A DNA stretch of 64,000 nucleotides from Octopus sinensis (GCF_006345805.1 NC_043003.1:102548001-102612000), one strand, 5' to 3'. Counted from the stretch's first letter, positions 12,364 through 25,110 are shown. Numbers and translations are program-made. The notes: generated from the sequence alone by a model not told the origin.

Positions 12364-12725
12364 TTTACTTGTTTCAGTAATTTTGACTGTGGCCATGCTG
12401 GAGCACCGCCTTTAATCGAGCAACTTGACCCCAGGACTTATTCTTTGTAAACCCAGTACTTATTCTATCGGTCTCTTTTGCCGAACCGCTAAGTGACGGG
12501 GACGTAAACACACCAGCATCCGTTGTCAAGCAATGCTCAGGGGGACAAACACAGACACACAAACATACATGCACATACATATATATACATATATACGACA
12601 GGCTTCTTTCAGTTTCCGTATACCAAATTCACTCACAAGGCTTTGGTCGGCCTGAGGCTATAGCAGAAGACACTTGCCCAAGGTGCCACGTAGTGGGACT
12701 GAACCCAGAACCATATGGTTGGTAA
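12364..12725 (-). mobile_element. CORE-type SINE, well preserved
   Basis: Minus strand GGTTCAGTCCCACTACGTGGCACCTTGGGCAAGTGTCTTC (B-box-like + CORE motif), internal microsatellite, tail ending GAAACAAGTAAAAAGAG. Confidence 0.85.
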
Positions 12726-12888
12726 ATCTATCTGTGTATTTGCAAAATTACTGGAAAACAACTGAACCAAATTTGGGCAGAAATACTCATTGGTTGAGTG
12801 GAACAAAATAATAAAAATTTGGTTTGATTATCTTCAAACATACATAAATACATACATAGATATGTGACTGTGTGCATGCACGTGCACA

Positions 12889-12929
<41 letters not shown>

Positions 12930-13214
12930 TGTACCGTGATGGATTCGAGAGTTTTGTTTATTTATGAGTTGATTTCTTAATTTTACTGGAATATAAATAC
13001 CTCTAATGGTGATACTTAAAAAAAAAAGATAAAAAAATCGGACTTACAGATTTCCTGATACGCAAGTATAGTCAAACACTTATAAAGCTTAATTCAGTTA
13101 AATTAAGACGCACAGTTAAGTAACGCATTGTAAACCACATTATAATTTGTGAAAATATTTATCTGCATTGCCCCTCTGATGCCCTTGTTCATTATTATCG
13201 TTATTAGTATTATT

Positions 13215-13426
13215 ATCATCATCATCATCATCATCGTTTAACGTCCACTTTCCATGCTGGCATGGGTTGGACGTATGACTGAGGGCTGGTAAACCAGATG
13301 GCTGCACCAGACTCTAATCAGATCTGGCAGAGTTTCTACAGCTGGATGCCCTTCCTAATGCCACCCACTCCGAGAGTGTAGTGGGTGCTTTTACGTGCCA
13401 CCAGCATGGGGCCAGTCAGGTGGCAC
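13215..13426 (-). mobile_element. RTE LINE 3' end
   Basis: (CAT)n-CGTTTAACGTCCACTTTCCATGC...GCTGGATGCCCTTCCTAATGCC. Confidence 0.8.
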
Positions 13427-13865
13427 TTTATCTTTTATTTGTTTCTATCATTGGACTGTGGCCATGTTGGGGCACTGCCTAAAAGTGTTTAGTTGAATGA
13501 ATCAACCCCAGTGCCTATTTTTTTTTTAAGCTTGGTACTTATTCTATCAAACTCTTCTTGCTGGACCACTAAGTTACAGATATGTAAACAAACCAGCACT
13601 GGTTGTCAAGCAAAGGTGGGGAACAAACACAAAGACACACATACATACATACATACAAACATACATACATACATACATACATACATGCATGCATATATAC
13701 ATACATACATACATACACACACACATACACACATATACAATGGGTTTCTTTCAGTTTCTATTAACTAAATCCACTCACAAGGCTTGTCTAAAGTGCTATT
13801 CAGTGAGATTGAACCTGGAGCCATGTGGTTGGGAAGCAAACTTTTTATCACATAGCCATACTAGC
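13427..13865 (-). mobile_element. CORE-type SINE
   Basis: Homologous to 12364-12725, with expanded (TACA)n. Confidence 0.75.
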
Positions 13866-14301
13866 ACCTCTTTGTATATGCAAGTAGATAAGAGGTAAAG
13901 AGGTCATCTTTAAAGTTAAAGTGCTCAGTCGACATTTCTGTGGAAAGTATGGCTATGCTGGGACTGTATATTATTGATTATTGGACCATTAAATGGTAGA
14001 GACCTGTACAAAACCATATTAACGATTAGTTTGTCTTCTTACCACCACCACCACCACCACCACCACCACCCTGACACACACGTCATAACTATATCCACAA
14101 CCTTTATACGTACACGCTTACATATAGGCATGCACACATACATACACCTATATGTAAATATGTGTCATATATACACAAACATAACTCTTTCTTTTTATGT
14201 CAACATTAAAGAGAAGGATTACTAAGTACTTTTATACTTTTTAGTAGAGTACATGTTAACTTTTAAAAGGTAAAGGTTGACAATCAACCTTATTCTTGGA
14301 A

Positions 14302-14343
<42 letters not shown>

Positions 14344-14369
14344 AAAAATTAGTGAATGGAATAGATAAA

Positions 14370-14465
14370 ATCCAGACTACATATGTTTCGTAGCTAGCAG
14401 AACCTCAGAAGTAGTCAATTATCCAAGTGAGGAGCAGACTTCTAGCTACTCTTCAGGCCAAGGAT
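14370..14465 (-). ncRNA. Type I hammerhead ribozyme candidate with complete catalytic core
   Basis: Minus strand ATCC-TT-GGC-CTGAAGA-GTAGCTAG-(44 nt)-CTAGCTAC-GAAAC-ATAT-GTA-GTC-T-GGAT: all core nucleotides, 8-bp helix II, 2-bp helix III with palindromic loop, helix I with internal loop. Confidence 0.75.
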
Positions 14466-16104
14466 ACTTTGTTTATGAAGAGTTTGCATTGTTGTTAGGA
14501 GATCCTGTGTTAATTCATTAGGGATTCGATCAAGATTAACTTTTTTCATCTTCTCATACTTTGCTAGGGGAAATGGAAAACTGGACAAGTAACACAAAGA
14601 ACAACCCTTCATCAGTTGTTGGCTGTCTATCAACTCTTCATTTCGAGCATTAAACAACAATATGAGTTTTCAAAGACAGTTGCTCCCATAAGTACCAAAA
14701 TTAAATTTTGGATTTGTGAAGGGTCATAGTTGGGAACAAAAACACGACAGTGGAGATATACAAGGAAACCGAACGAAAACAAACATGGAGCTTTGTTAGA
14801 CCAGAACAAGGGTAGAATAGCAAATGCTGGAGAAATATTGTCTTTGAAAAGAGAAAAGATAGAAGAGAGATAGAATATGTCCAGTCCTTAGGACAGTCCT
14901 GAAGAAAAGACAGATGATCACATTAGGAAAAGAAAGATGGACGATGGTCACATGTGACCAACAAGAGAGAGAAAAGAGAAAGAGGGAGAGAGAGAGACAG
15001 AAAACGGGACAGGGGAGAAAAAGAGAATTGGAGAAAAGGATGGGGGAGAATACATTAAATATATATACACATATATACACACACACATATATATATGCAC
15101 ATATATATACTCACATATATATGCACACACATTCACATTCACACACACAAACCACTGTGTATATACTTAAACATACGCACACACATACATACATATATAC
15201 TCAAGGCTAGGACAGATTTTAACACTAGAGCAACATTGTGTGAGTTATGGAAATTATAATGAATAATGATGCCTTGTTTCCTGCTCTTCTTGCTAAAATG
15301 GCTGCAATATGCAAAGAGACAACTTCTAAGAATGAGGCAGAAAACATCCAGGACAAGAAAATGAGAAGCCAAGCTGACTTTGAGGTTGATACTTGGTATT
15401 AATCATCTGGATTATTATTGATGCCTATCGTGTGTGGCCTACTAAGAGTTTCAAGCAATTGGAAGTAACAACTTTTGTGCTACTGGACAAGATTGAAAGG
15501 TTTAACTTTTTCAATACCTACCTGTTAAGGACCACCTCTGGCTCCCTAATACAAACCTTCCATCAAAATTTCAGGTTAATTCAATTTCCAAACTCCAAAT
15601 TAATAATGACAAACTTATTTTCGGAATTAACTGAACACAAGTATGCACAAGTATGCTGTGTGCTAAGAAGTTTGTTTTGCAATCACATGACTCTGGGTTC
15701 AATCCCACTGAGCTTCTTTTTCTTGAACTTCTTTGGTTTATGCAGAAATTTGATCCTGTTGCACTCATTTGTGTCGATTTAGTGTGATTTATAGTCATTT
15801 GGGAATGTTACACACAAGATACTTTTCCAAAGTCTAATTTTCTTTTTTTTTGTGGTGTCATCAGCTCTATTTAGATCCCTGATGGTTGTGCAGAGAATAC
15901 TCATTAACCACAAACATTTGACTTTACACCATAATTCATCCTAAATCACAATGGAAGTGATAGGATTTCAGACACCCTGATTGCAATGGTTAATGATTTG
16001 CATCACTTTTTTGGCATCTGGTACACATATAAATTACACCCTGGAAGGAAGTTCATAACCATTTTATTCCCATATTTCTGTTGAAAAACACTACCTATCT
16101 TTTA

Positions 16105-16412
16105 CTTTTTTCACTCATTGAACAGTGACCATGCTGGGGCACCATCTTGAAGTGTTTTTACTCAAACAAATCAATCTCAGTACTTTTTTTTTAATCCTGG
16201 TACTTACTCTATTGGTCTCTTATGCTGAGCTGCTAAGCTTTAAGGCTGTAAACAAACCAAGAAGCAGTGGTGACCAGTGGCGGTGGTGGACACACACACA
16301 TACAAAGACTACTTTCCGTTTCCATCTACCAAATCCACTCATAAGATGCAGTGGGACTGGATCCAGAACCATGTGGTTGGTAAGCAAACTTCTTAATGAT
16401 TCGGCAATGCCT
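16105..16412 (-). mobile_element. CORE-type SINE (internally deleted)
   Basis: Head and tail blocks homologous to 12364-12725. Confidence 0.7.
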
Positions 16413-16870
16413 GCACTTATATGTATATGTACAAGTCTTAAATTATAATGAAGCTTAACAAAAGTGATTATCTATCTCTAAACATAAAAACCATCTCTTC
16501 AGTCTCTCAAGATTCAGCCATGGGCACCACCCAGTTCTCTAACCATTCTTGGGGAAATCCCTGTAAGACTCATGGATCGACTGACCCTGCCCTACTCTAC
16601 TTCTCAGAAAATAAGCATAATGAAAAATAAAAACACAAAACATTTGCAATAATGGCAACACTCCAGTAAGGTTAGACACATCTGGTTTATTTAAACTAAA
16701 GGAACTAAACAACCTGAAATGTAAACATTTGATAAAATGTGGCTTATGGAAATTCTGTGATGCTTAGATGAAGATGAAATTTTTATCTAAAGCTATATCT
16801 AAAAATGCAAACATCTACATAAAACCCTCCTAAATCGTGATGAGCAGAGATTAAAAAGATGTTGCAAAGG

Positions 16871-16922
<52 letters not shown>

Positions 16923-17177
16923 CATACATACATATATATATATATATACATATATATGTATATATATATATACATATATACATATGTATATATATATACA
17001 TATATATAATCTAATTTTTGATGTGCATTTGAGTGTGAACTGAACTTAATTTCCAAAGTCATATTTCGCCAAAATATTTCTGTTTTGCTATTGCATTAAG
17101 GCCACTGATTCGCTCATCCATTCTGATTATGTCTTAACTATTGGATTGGCTGCTATCCCAAATTCAGATATGAAGTA

Positions 17178-17612
17178 ACGGGGCACAGGCATGGCTATGA
17201 GGTTAAGAGGTTCATTTCTCAGTGACATGGTTTCAAGTTCAGTCTCACTGCGTGGCATCTTGGGTAAGTATTTTTTTACTATAGCCCCTGGAACAAGCAA
17301 AGTTTTGTGAGAGGACTTAGTAGATAAAAACTGAAAGGCCATCACACACACACATTATGTTTGTGCCACTTTGTCTTGTCTTAACATTGTGTGATAATTG
17401 TAAATGAGTGTCACTGTCATACAAGCAGTGTCATTTCTTTCCAATATCCTGCAAAACACATCTATGGCTATGGGGAAATATCTGATTTGGAAACAAATTG
17501 GGGTTGACATCAAGATGGGCATCTAGGTGTAGAAAATCTGTCTCAGTAAATTCTTTTCCTCCCATGGAAGCATTGAAAAGTAGACGTTAACATAATGATG
17601 ATGATAATGAAA
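17178..17612 (+). mobile_element. CORE-type SINE with RTE-like (GAT)n tail
   Basis: Head + GCATCTTGGGTAAGT CORE; 3' GATGGGCATCTAGGTGTAGAAAATC...GACGTTAAC..ATGATGATG. Confidence 0.7.
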
Positions 17613-17631
17613 ACAAGGATCTTTGTCTTTT

Positions 17632-17998
17632 ATTTTTTACTTGTTTCAGTCATTAGGTTGTGGTCATGCTGGGGCACCACCTTGAAAATATTTTAGCTGA
17701 ATGTATCGACCCCAGTACTGTTATTTATTCTATTGGTCTCTTTTGCCAAAATGCTACGATATGGGGATGTAAACTCACTGGTAGTCAGTTGTCAAGTGGT
17801 GATGGTGATGGGGGACAAACACAGATACAAAGACACACACATATAGATATACGGGCTTCTTTCAGTTTCCATCAAACAAATCCATTCACAAGGTTTTGGT
17901 CAGCCCAAGGTTATAGTAGAAGATACTTGCCTAAGGTGCTATGCAGTGGGACTGAACCCTGAACCAGGTGGTTGGGAAGTAAGTTTCTCACCACACAC
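17632..17998 (-). mobile_element. CORE-type SINE
   Basis: Homologous to 12364-12725; tail-to-tail with the 17178 copy. Confidence 0.75.
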
Positions 17999-18032
17999 AT
18001 GAAAAGCTTCTCTCATGTGTTTGGCCCCATGG

Positions 18033-18259
18033 AGGCAATGACTGAGATCTTTGGCATTATGTTGTGCTTGAGAAGATGACCCATCAAGCCAAATAAAATT
18101 GCAGTTGTGGCAGACACTGTTGTGTCATGCAAATGGCACACAGAAGCACTCATTACACTCTTGGAGTGGTCGGCGTTAGGAAGGGCATCCAGCCCTGGTC
18201 AAACCATCCAACTCATGTCAGCATGGACAATGGACATTAAATGATGATGATGATGATGA
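18033..18259 (+). mobile_element. RTE LINE 3' end including ORF2 terminus
   Basis: EAMT then *DLWHYVVLEKMTHQAK* (RTE-type C-terminal M..R..WR..V motif) runs into the shared 3' UTR and (GAT)n tail. Confidence 0.75.
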
Positions 18260-18775
18260 GAACCACACCTGCATCTATGATGAAATACATTTCTATATGG
18301 CTACTTTCTTTGTTATATATCTTTTGTTTGAACTTATTCCAGCAACTCTTCATAATCTTTCATTCATACATATAATGCCTATGAGCATCACTTGATCTGT
18401 TTTCCACTTCTCCTCATCCTCACTTTTATATCCACTTTACCATGCTAGCTCTGCATGTTTGAAGACAAGTGGAATGGAAAAAATAAACCTTCACTTGAAA
18501 AGTAGTTAAGGATTAGCATCAGGAAGGACATCATCAACATCGTCTTTTTAACTTCCACTTTTCTATGCTTGCATGGGTTAGGTGGAATTTGTTAAGGTTG
18601 ATTTTCTATGGCTGGATGCCTTCCCTGTAGCAAAACCCTCAGCTGTTTCCAAGCAAAGTAATGTTACTTCATAGGTGGACATATTTCTTTGGAAGATTGT
18701 AAATAAATGATACCTGCTTAGTGTGATGTCAAAATAAGGAAACACAAACAGATGTACATATATACATATACATAC

Positions 18776-18808
<33 letters not shown>

Positions 18809-18809
18809 C

Positions 18810-19243
18810 ACAAAATGGGACAAGAAAGCAAAACATCTAGACAGTTAGGTGATATAAGAAAGGGACAACAAAACATCCAGATAGATGATACAAAGAAAAC
18901 AAGGACGGGTCATATGAAGTTTTCTTTCCTCAGTTGAGTTCCAGATTATCTTTGCAATTTCAGCTGGTTATACTCGAGATTGCTCCAATCTGGCCAGCTC
19001 CAAGGAAAAACTAAGCTAAGAACATTAGATTCCTTGGAAGAAAGCAGAGAATGTATACGAAAACAAGGATGGAAAAAAACAGAGAAAGATACACAAATAA
19101 AAATAACAGGACATAACAACAGGTGTCTTTCGACTAAGGACGAATTAAATTAAGTGTGGAAGTAAAGCCTTATGGCAGGGATACAAGATTTCACTGGCAC
19201 AGGGAAGAATATAGATGTTGCACGGACAACAGCCAAACCAAGA

Positions 19244-19244
<1 letters not shown>
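18810..19244. mobile_element. Unclassified purine-rich insert between two (TA)n tracts
   Basis: Sharp (TA)n boundaries on both sides; same context and strand-biased composition as the hammerhead-bearing inserts; no intact core found. Confidence 0.4.
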
Positions 19245-19274
<30 letters not shown>

Positions 19275-19444
19275 TATTTTTAGTTCATTATGCCATCTGG
19301 CGAGTGTCTGTTATAAAACAATATTTGGTGTGTTCTCAGCACATGAAACTAATAGTAGCACATAAAAACATATATTGTGTTTATTAAATAATATCTCTCA
19401 CAAGATGGTCAACTTTTTGTGTTGCATATATATTCCCATCCATG

Positions 19445-19820
19445 TAGTTTTGGGTTAGTCCCACTGCATGGCCCCTTGGGTAAGTGCCTTCTTCTATAGC
19501 CCTCGACTGATCAAAGCATTGTGAGTGGATTTGGGAGGCAAACACTGAAAGATGTCTGTCATGAATATGTGTTTGTGTGTATCATTGACTCGACATTACA
19601 TGGTGGCTGCAAACAACCGTCTTTGTCATAAAAGCAAAGCTCTTCCTAACCAGTTTTCCTTGTAAAATATGTCTAGCCAAGGAGAATTATTACTTTGCTC
19701 AGAAACAACTGAGGATTAGTGACAGGAAGATAGAAAATCTAGAAAATCTAACCCAACAAATTCTGTCTGACACATGAAAGCTTTGAAAGGAGGATGTTAA
19801 GTAATGGTGATGATGATGAG
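19445..19820 (+). mobile_element. CORE-type SINE with RTE-like tail
   Basis: GGTTAGTCCCACTGCATGGCCCCTTGGGTAAGT...ATGTTAAGTAATGGTGATGATGATG. Confidence 0.65.
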
Positions 19821-20754
19821 GATATCTGAGAGCAGAACAAAACCAGATGTTTAGCTTGTATTTTTATTATAACATCAGAGATTATGCAATTTATGTTGTT
19901 ATAATAAAAAGGACATACAAAATATCCTGTTTCATTCTGTTCTCAGGTGTATACTCTATAGATTATTCAAATGTGTATGATACCGGAAGAAAATTTGAGA
20001 ACAAATTACATTTATTACCTGATTGGGTTTACATAGAGTTCTAAGTATTGGTTAACAGTTATGGCATCACTTTTGAAATATCAATTCTTCAATGCATGCA
20101 CACACACACAAACACACACACACACACACACACAATGTGTGACAGGCTTCTTTCAATTTCAGTCTATCAAATCAATTTACAAGGCTTCAGTCTCGTCTTT
20201 ATATAATAAGAATTGTCATTAACCATCATTATTACTATTACCTTTAGGATTTGGCAGATATAGGAGAGAATCCTTGATTAGCATTTGTTTTAACTTTTAC
20301 CCTTCTAAGGTCAATTTTCATGACAAAATCAAGCACTATTCTAAGTACCTTGGTCACACGCAGTCTTCGTTATAGTTTTTTGATTGGCATAATTATGTGT
20401 AAAATTTTATGTACTTTGTTTCATCTGTCGATTTCTTTGTCAATTGTAAATATGTGGAAGTCTTAGATTCTTTCTGATATATTTATCACATCATTATCAT
20501 ACATCCGTTTCTTGTCTTGGAACTGTTTCTTTCAACAATCTTCACGTCCTAGATTTCACTTTCCCATGCATGTTTATATTTGGAAAATTCTTCCAGTTAG
20601 TTTAGATATAAACTATTGTCTGCAGAAATATAAATATCTATTACAAGACATTTCTGGTCTTTTTTTTTTTTTCCATGGAATAATGACTCGGCAATTTACC
20701 ACTATTTTGTAGACAAATTCCTCATTTTATTTTTTATTTTCATTGTCAACTCAT

Positions 20755-20806
<52 letters not shown>

Positions 20807-20834
20807 ACCGCTACCGCTACTGCTGCTGCAGCAA

Positions 20835-20990
20835 ACTGGCAGAAGTGATAAAGCATCAGAAAAATGCTTTGCAGTATTACTTCTGACTCATTCCGTTCTG
20901 AGTTCGAATTCCACCGAGGTCAACTTTGCCTTCTATCCTTTCAGGGTCTATAAAAGGGGTACCAGTCAAGTAATTGACTATCCTTCTCAC
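20835..20990 (+). mobile_element. Nin-type SINE (partial)
   Basis: CTGAGTTCGAATTCCACCGAGGTCAACTTTGCCTTCTATCCTTTCAGGGTC. Confidence 0.65.
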
Positions 20991-21786
20991 CCTAGTTGAA
21001 AAACTATATTATTGACTTTTGATATTATGGTAATGGAATCCTAATTAGTAAAGCCTCGTTAACTCACTTACATGCTACTATCACTAACAACTAATCTTTA
21101 TTTACTTCTCTTTGATTATTTTATTACTTTTTCTGAACTAGCTGACTACATACCATCTATACCATCCAAAAGCAGCCACTTTTGTTGTTTTCTGGATTCC
21201 TTTCAGATTCATTCCTCAAAAATGTTGTTCCATGTTCAGTCATTTCTCCTTAGAATTACTATCTTTTAGAATTTTCTCTTTGGTCACATTTTACTTATAG
21301 AACTCAAATACCATCTATATCTCCAATCAAGGTAGCATCACTGCAAGGGTCAAAGTGCCACCCTACTGTCTAACAAAGGCATTTCTACATGGTTCTTGCT
21401 TGATCTGCCACAAATAGCAGCCAAAATCACTCTCTGATCACACCCTATCATTAAAAATGGAAAAAAATGTACACATTGGATAATGAGGTCTTAAGTTTCC
21501 TATAGATAGCAAAACAGATGCAGATGGGATGTTCACAGCTGGAATGCCTTTGATCGTATGACAACTCAAAAGGGTTGACTCGGGGCTAATCAGCAAATAC
21601 AAAAAAAAAGTTATGTTCTGAGTCAAAATTTCACTGAGGTTAATTTTGCCTTCCATAATCCTGCCGTTGATGAAATAGGTATTCATCAAAGTGTCTGGTT
21701 TTATTTAATATGTCCTTTTCTTGTACCTATGTCAGAAATCCTTATTATGGTAGTAGAATAACAGAAGTAACAGAGAGCTAGGTTAA

Positions 21787-22005
21787 CTCTTTAGTATTTA
21801 AACCGGCCATATCCGGCCAAAATATTTAATCTGTTTTATGTTCAAATTGACCAGATCCAGGCACTCACACCTACCCTACAATGTTATTCTACATTAGGTA
21901 ATTACACCATCAAGATCTTGAAGATATGAGATAATGCATGATTAATTAAAATCAATGGGAATCAATAAGCATTATGTTTGATTGAATAATCAGAACACTA
22001 AAGGG
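21787..22005. mobile_element. piggyBac-like MITE
   Basis: TTAA at 21783-21786 and 22006-22009; termini CTCTTTAGT / ACTAAAGGG; a half copy recurs near 55268. Confidence 0.75.
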
Positions 22006-22386
22006 TTAAAGACCCTCTGTTATGGAGATATGCCCTATGCAAGCATAGAAAGGTGGACATTACAACAACAATGATGATGTAGCTTTCACTTCATTAAAAA
22101 AAAAATTGTAATCTTGTAAAAATAATAATAACTGTCATATGAATACATACACATACAACAACATAACATTCAGAAGCTATAAATGTTCAATAAGATTGTC
22201 TTAAGAGATATAAACACAGCTCTGTTGTTACAAGAGAGATGTTTTTCTTTATAAATTAGAGATTTTTTTGTGATGTAAGATAACTTTCGTTCAGAATTCT
22301 CTAATCCTTTTGGAATCTCAGTATTTTTCTTGTGTATTTTTTCTTTACGTAAATGCTGCACCATTAGAAGTATGAATGCATATCTA

Positions 22387-22446
<60 letters not shown>

Positions 22447-22459
22447 CCTATTTATCTAT

Positions 22460-22506
<47 letters not shown>

Positions 22507-23227
22507 CACGTAATACAGACATATATATGTACATATACATGCATACATACACATACAAACAAATTCATACTCACATACATACACCTTCATGCAGAAACCC
22601 TCCCATACTTCCATTAGCTACTTCAATCCTATTAACAGATGTAGATTTAAAGAGTGAGAATTGTAGTATAGATTAGCCTGAAGTAAGGATTATCTACATA
22701 GTGGATATTGTTCGTAACAAGAATAATAATTAATAATCATCATCATTGTCATCATGATTGTCATTATCATCATTATCATCACCATTGTCATCGTTTAACA
22801 TTAAATGCATTAGTGAAAGGATTTGATATGAAAATAAATAATAGCAGAGGTTTAACCTAGAACCTAGTTAGAAATGATAATATACTATTGGACTGAGATA
22901 TTTAAATTTACTTCCCCAAGTAAAATGTTTATGAATAAAGTAGATTGCGCAATATGTGAAACCATAAAATAATAAAATATGGGGGGATCATCATCATCAT
23001 CATAACATCATCATCATCATCACCACCACCACCACCAGCATCACCAGCACCAGCAGCAGCAGCACCACCACCACCACCACCATCATCACCATCATCATTA
23101 TCATCACCATCATCATTACCATCGTCTAAAAGTCCACTTTGCCATGCTTCTATGGGCCAGACAGCTTATTTAGACCGATTTTCCATAGCCAGATGCTCTT
23201 CAGGATCATAACTAACATTAACTTTTG

Positions 23228-23446
23228 AAGGTAATGAACTGGCAGAATCGTTAGCACATTGGGCAAAATGCTTAGCAGCAAATTCATCTGTCTTCACATT
23301 CTGAGTTCAAATTCCACCTATGTTAACTCTGCCTTTCATCCTTTTGAGATTGATAAAATAAGTACCAGTTGAATACTGAGGTTAATGTAATCAACTTAAC
23401 CCCTCCCCAAAAATTGATGGCGTTGTGCCAAAATTTGAAATCAATA
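23228..23446 (+). mobile_element. Nin-type SINE
   Basis: GAACTGGCAGAATCGTTAGC...CTGAGTTCAAATTCC...GCCTTTCATCC...AAAATAAGTACCAG. Confidence 0.75.
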
Positions 23447-23782
23447 TTACCTTATTTGGTAAAAGGTTGAGGGTTGATGATTAGAAGAACCTTTGGTTGT
23501 AGAAAATCTGCCTCGGTGAATTCCATCTAACCCATGCAAGCATGGACACATGGATGTTAAAATGATTATAAGGACAGTGATGATGATGAACACACTATAA
23601 TATTAGTTCCACAGAGGTGGAACTATTCTGGACTCTTCTATAACTATTCTGGGCTTACTATAATGGCCTCTACTCCATAGAACTTAATTGCTGTGCTTCT
23701 GCCTCATAAAAAGCACTCAGTCCACTCTGCTGGGTGGTGGGTGTTAGGAAGGGCATCTAGCCATAAAAACCCTAAAAAACAG

Positions 23783-24244
23783 ACACAGAAGTTTGGTGCA
23801 AGCTCCTGCCTGGCCAGCTCCTGTCAAATTGTCCAATCCATGCCAGCATCGAAGGTGGACGTTAAACAGTGATGATGATTGCCTTGGACACAACAATATT
23901 TTCATATCATTTAGTGAGGAGGAAGAGAAAATATTGTAACCATTAGAACTCCAACCCCTCACATGTCACAACATCTCTCCCACCCATCACCACCATTGCC
24001 CTGGTCAAACTGAACATGGCAATGGCGGTGGGTGGGGGAGATATTGACTGGGAAGGAAAACTGAAAGACTGATGCTCTAGGGAGAATGGATAGAATGTGG
24101 CAAAGCAGTGAGGGTGCCAAGAGGAGAAGGAGAGAGTGTCCAAGGCAATCATCATCACTGTTTAAAGTCCACCTTCGATGCTGGCATGGATTGGACAGTT
24201 TGACAGGAGCTGGCCAGGCAGGAGCTTGCACCAAACTTCTGTGT
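23783..24244. repeat. 109-bp inverted repeat, 244-bp spacer
   Basis: 23783-23891 versus 24136-24244: 107/109 complementary by manual alignment. Confidence 0.95.
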
Positions 24245-24341
24245 TTGAAATTTATAACAAATCATCAAAAACATTTGATCCCAGTAAATATATACTTATT
24301 AACAATCACTACCTACATTATAATTATCAGGCATATGTATA

Positions 24342-24668
24342 TATAACAATAATTAAGGGTTTAGCAACGAGTTGCTTAACCACATACCGAAAAGTTTAGA
24401 AATAGCAGCCAAAAGACCATTATTTCTTTTCGCTACAAAATATGACTCTACAGACAACCCTCTCTGTAACTCACACAGGCAAAAAAGAAGGAAAATAATG
24501 AAATCAAACAGTCTTTGGTTAATTATGAACACGTTTCTGGATTAGAGTTATAAAATGAGTGGAGTCAGATTTTGTAGCGAAAAGAAATAACGGTCTTTTG
24601 GCTGCTATTTCTAAACTTTTCAGTATGTGGTTAAGCAACTCGTTGCTAAACCCTTAATTATTGCTATA
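24342..24668. mobile_element. MITE/fold-back element with about 107-bp terminal inverted repeats
   Basis: 24342-24449 versus 24562-24668 with 4 mismatches; internal TTAA|GGGTTTAGC...GCTAAACCC|TTAA. Confidence 0.7.
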
Positions 24669-24817
24669 ATTATATATAAAACTTCTTGTATAAGTTTTTA
24701 CCAAATATGGTTCTTTTCCATACCGAAACTACTTGGTGAAATTTATTAATTATAAATGAATAATTTTTTACCCTATATCTATAATAATAATAATATAATA
24801 ATAATAATATATATATA

Positions 24818-24865
<48 letters not shown>

Positions 24866-25110
24866 AATAATTATTTGAGGGAATATTAATCCTAACTTAC
24901 AGGGAAAAATTCAATTTAGAAATACTAAATCAAATTTCACACAATATAATATATATATAAAAATTAGAAGAAATCACCTTTTATCAATTCAAAATAATCA
25001 TTTAAAATACACCATCTAGAAAATTACATATAATAGAAATATTAAAATAAAAATAACAATAATATACCGATGATTAAGTAAATTGCAAAAAAATAATAAA
25101 AACGTATATA

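Noticed and set aside
14600-14910. Further hammerhead-like fragments (CTGATGA at 14615-14609; GTCC-TAA-GGAC stem near 14885-14900)
   Set aside because: No matching GAAA/UH elements in register
15247-15402. 51-aa ORF MEIIMNNDALFPALLAKMAAICKE...
   Set aside because: No splice context or identifiable family; faint pogo-like hints in other frames were not convincing
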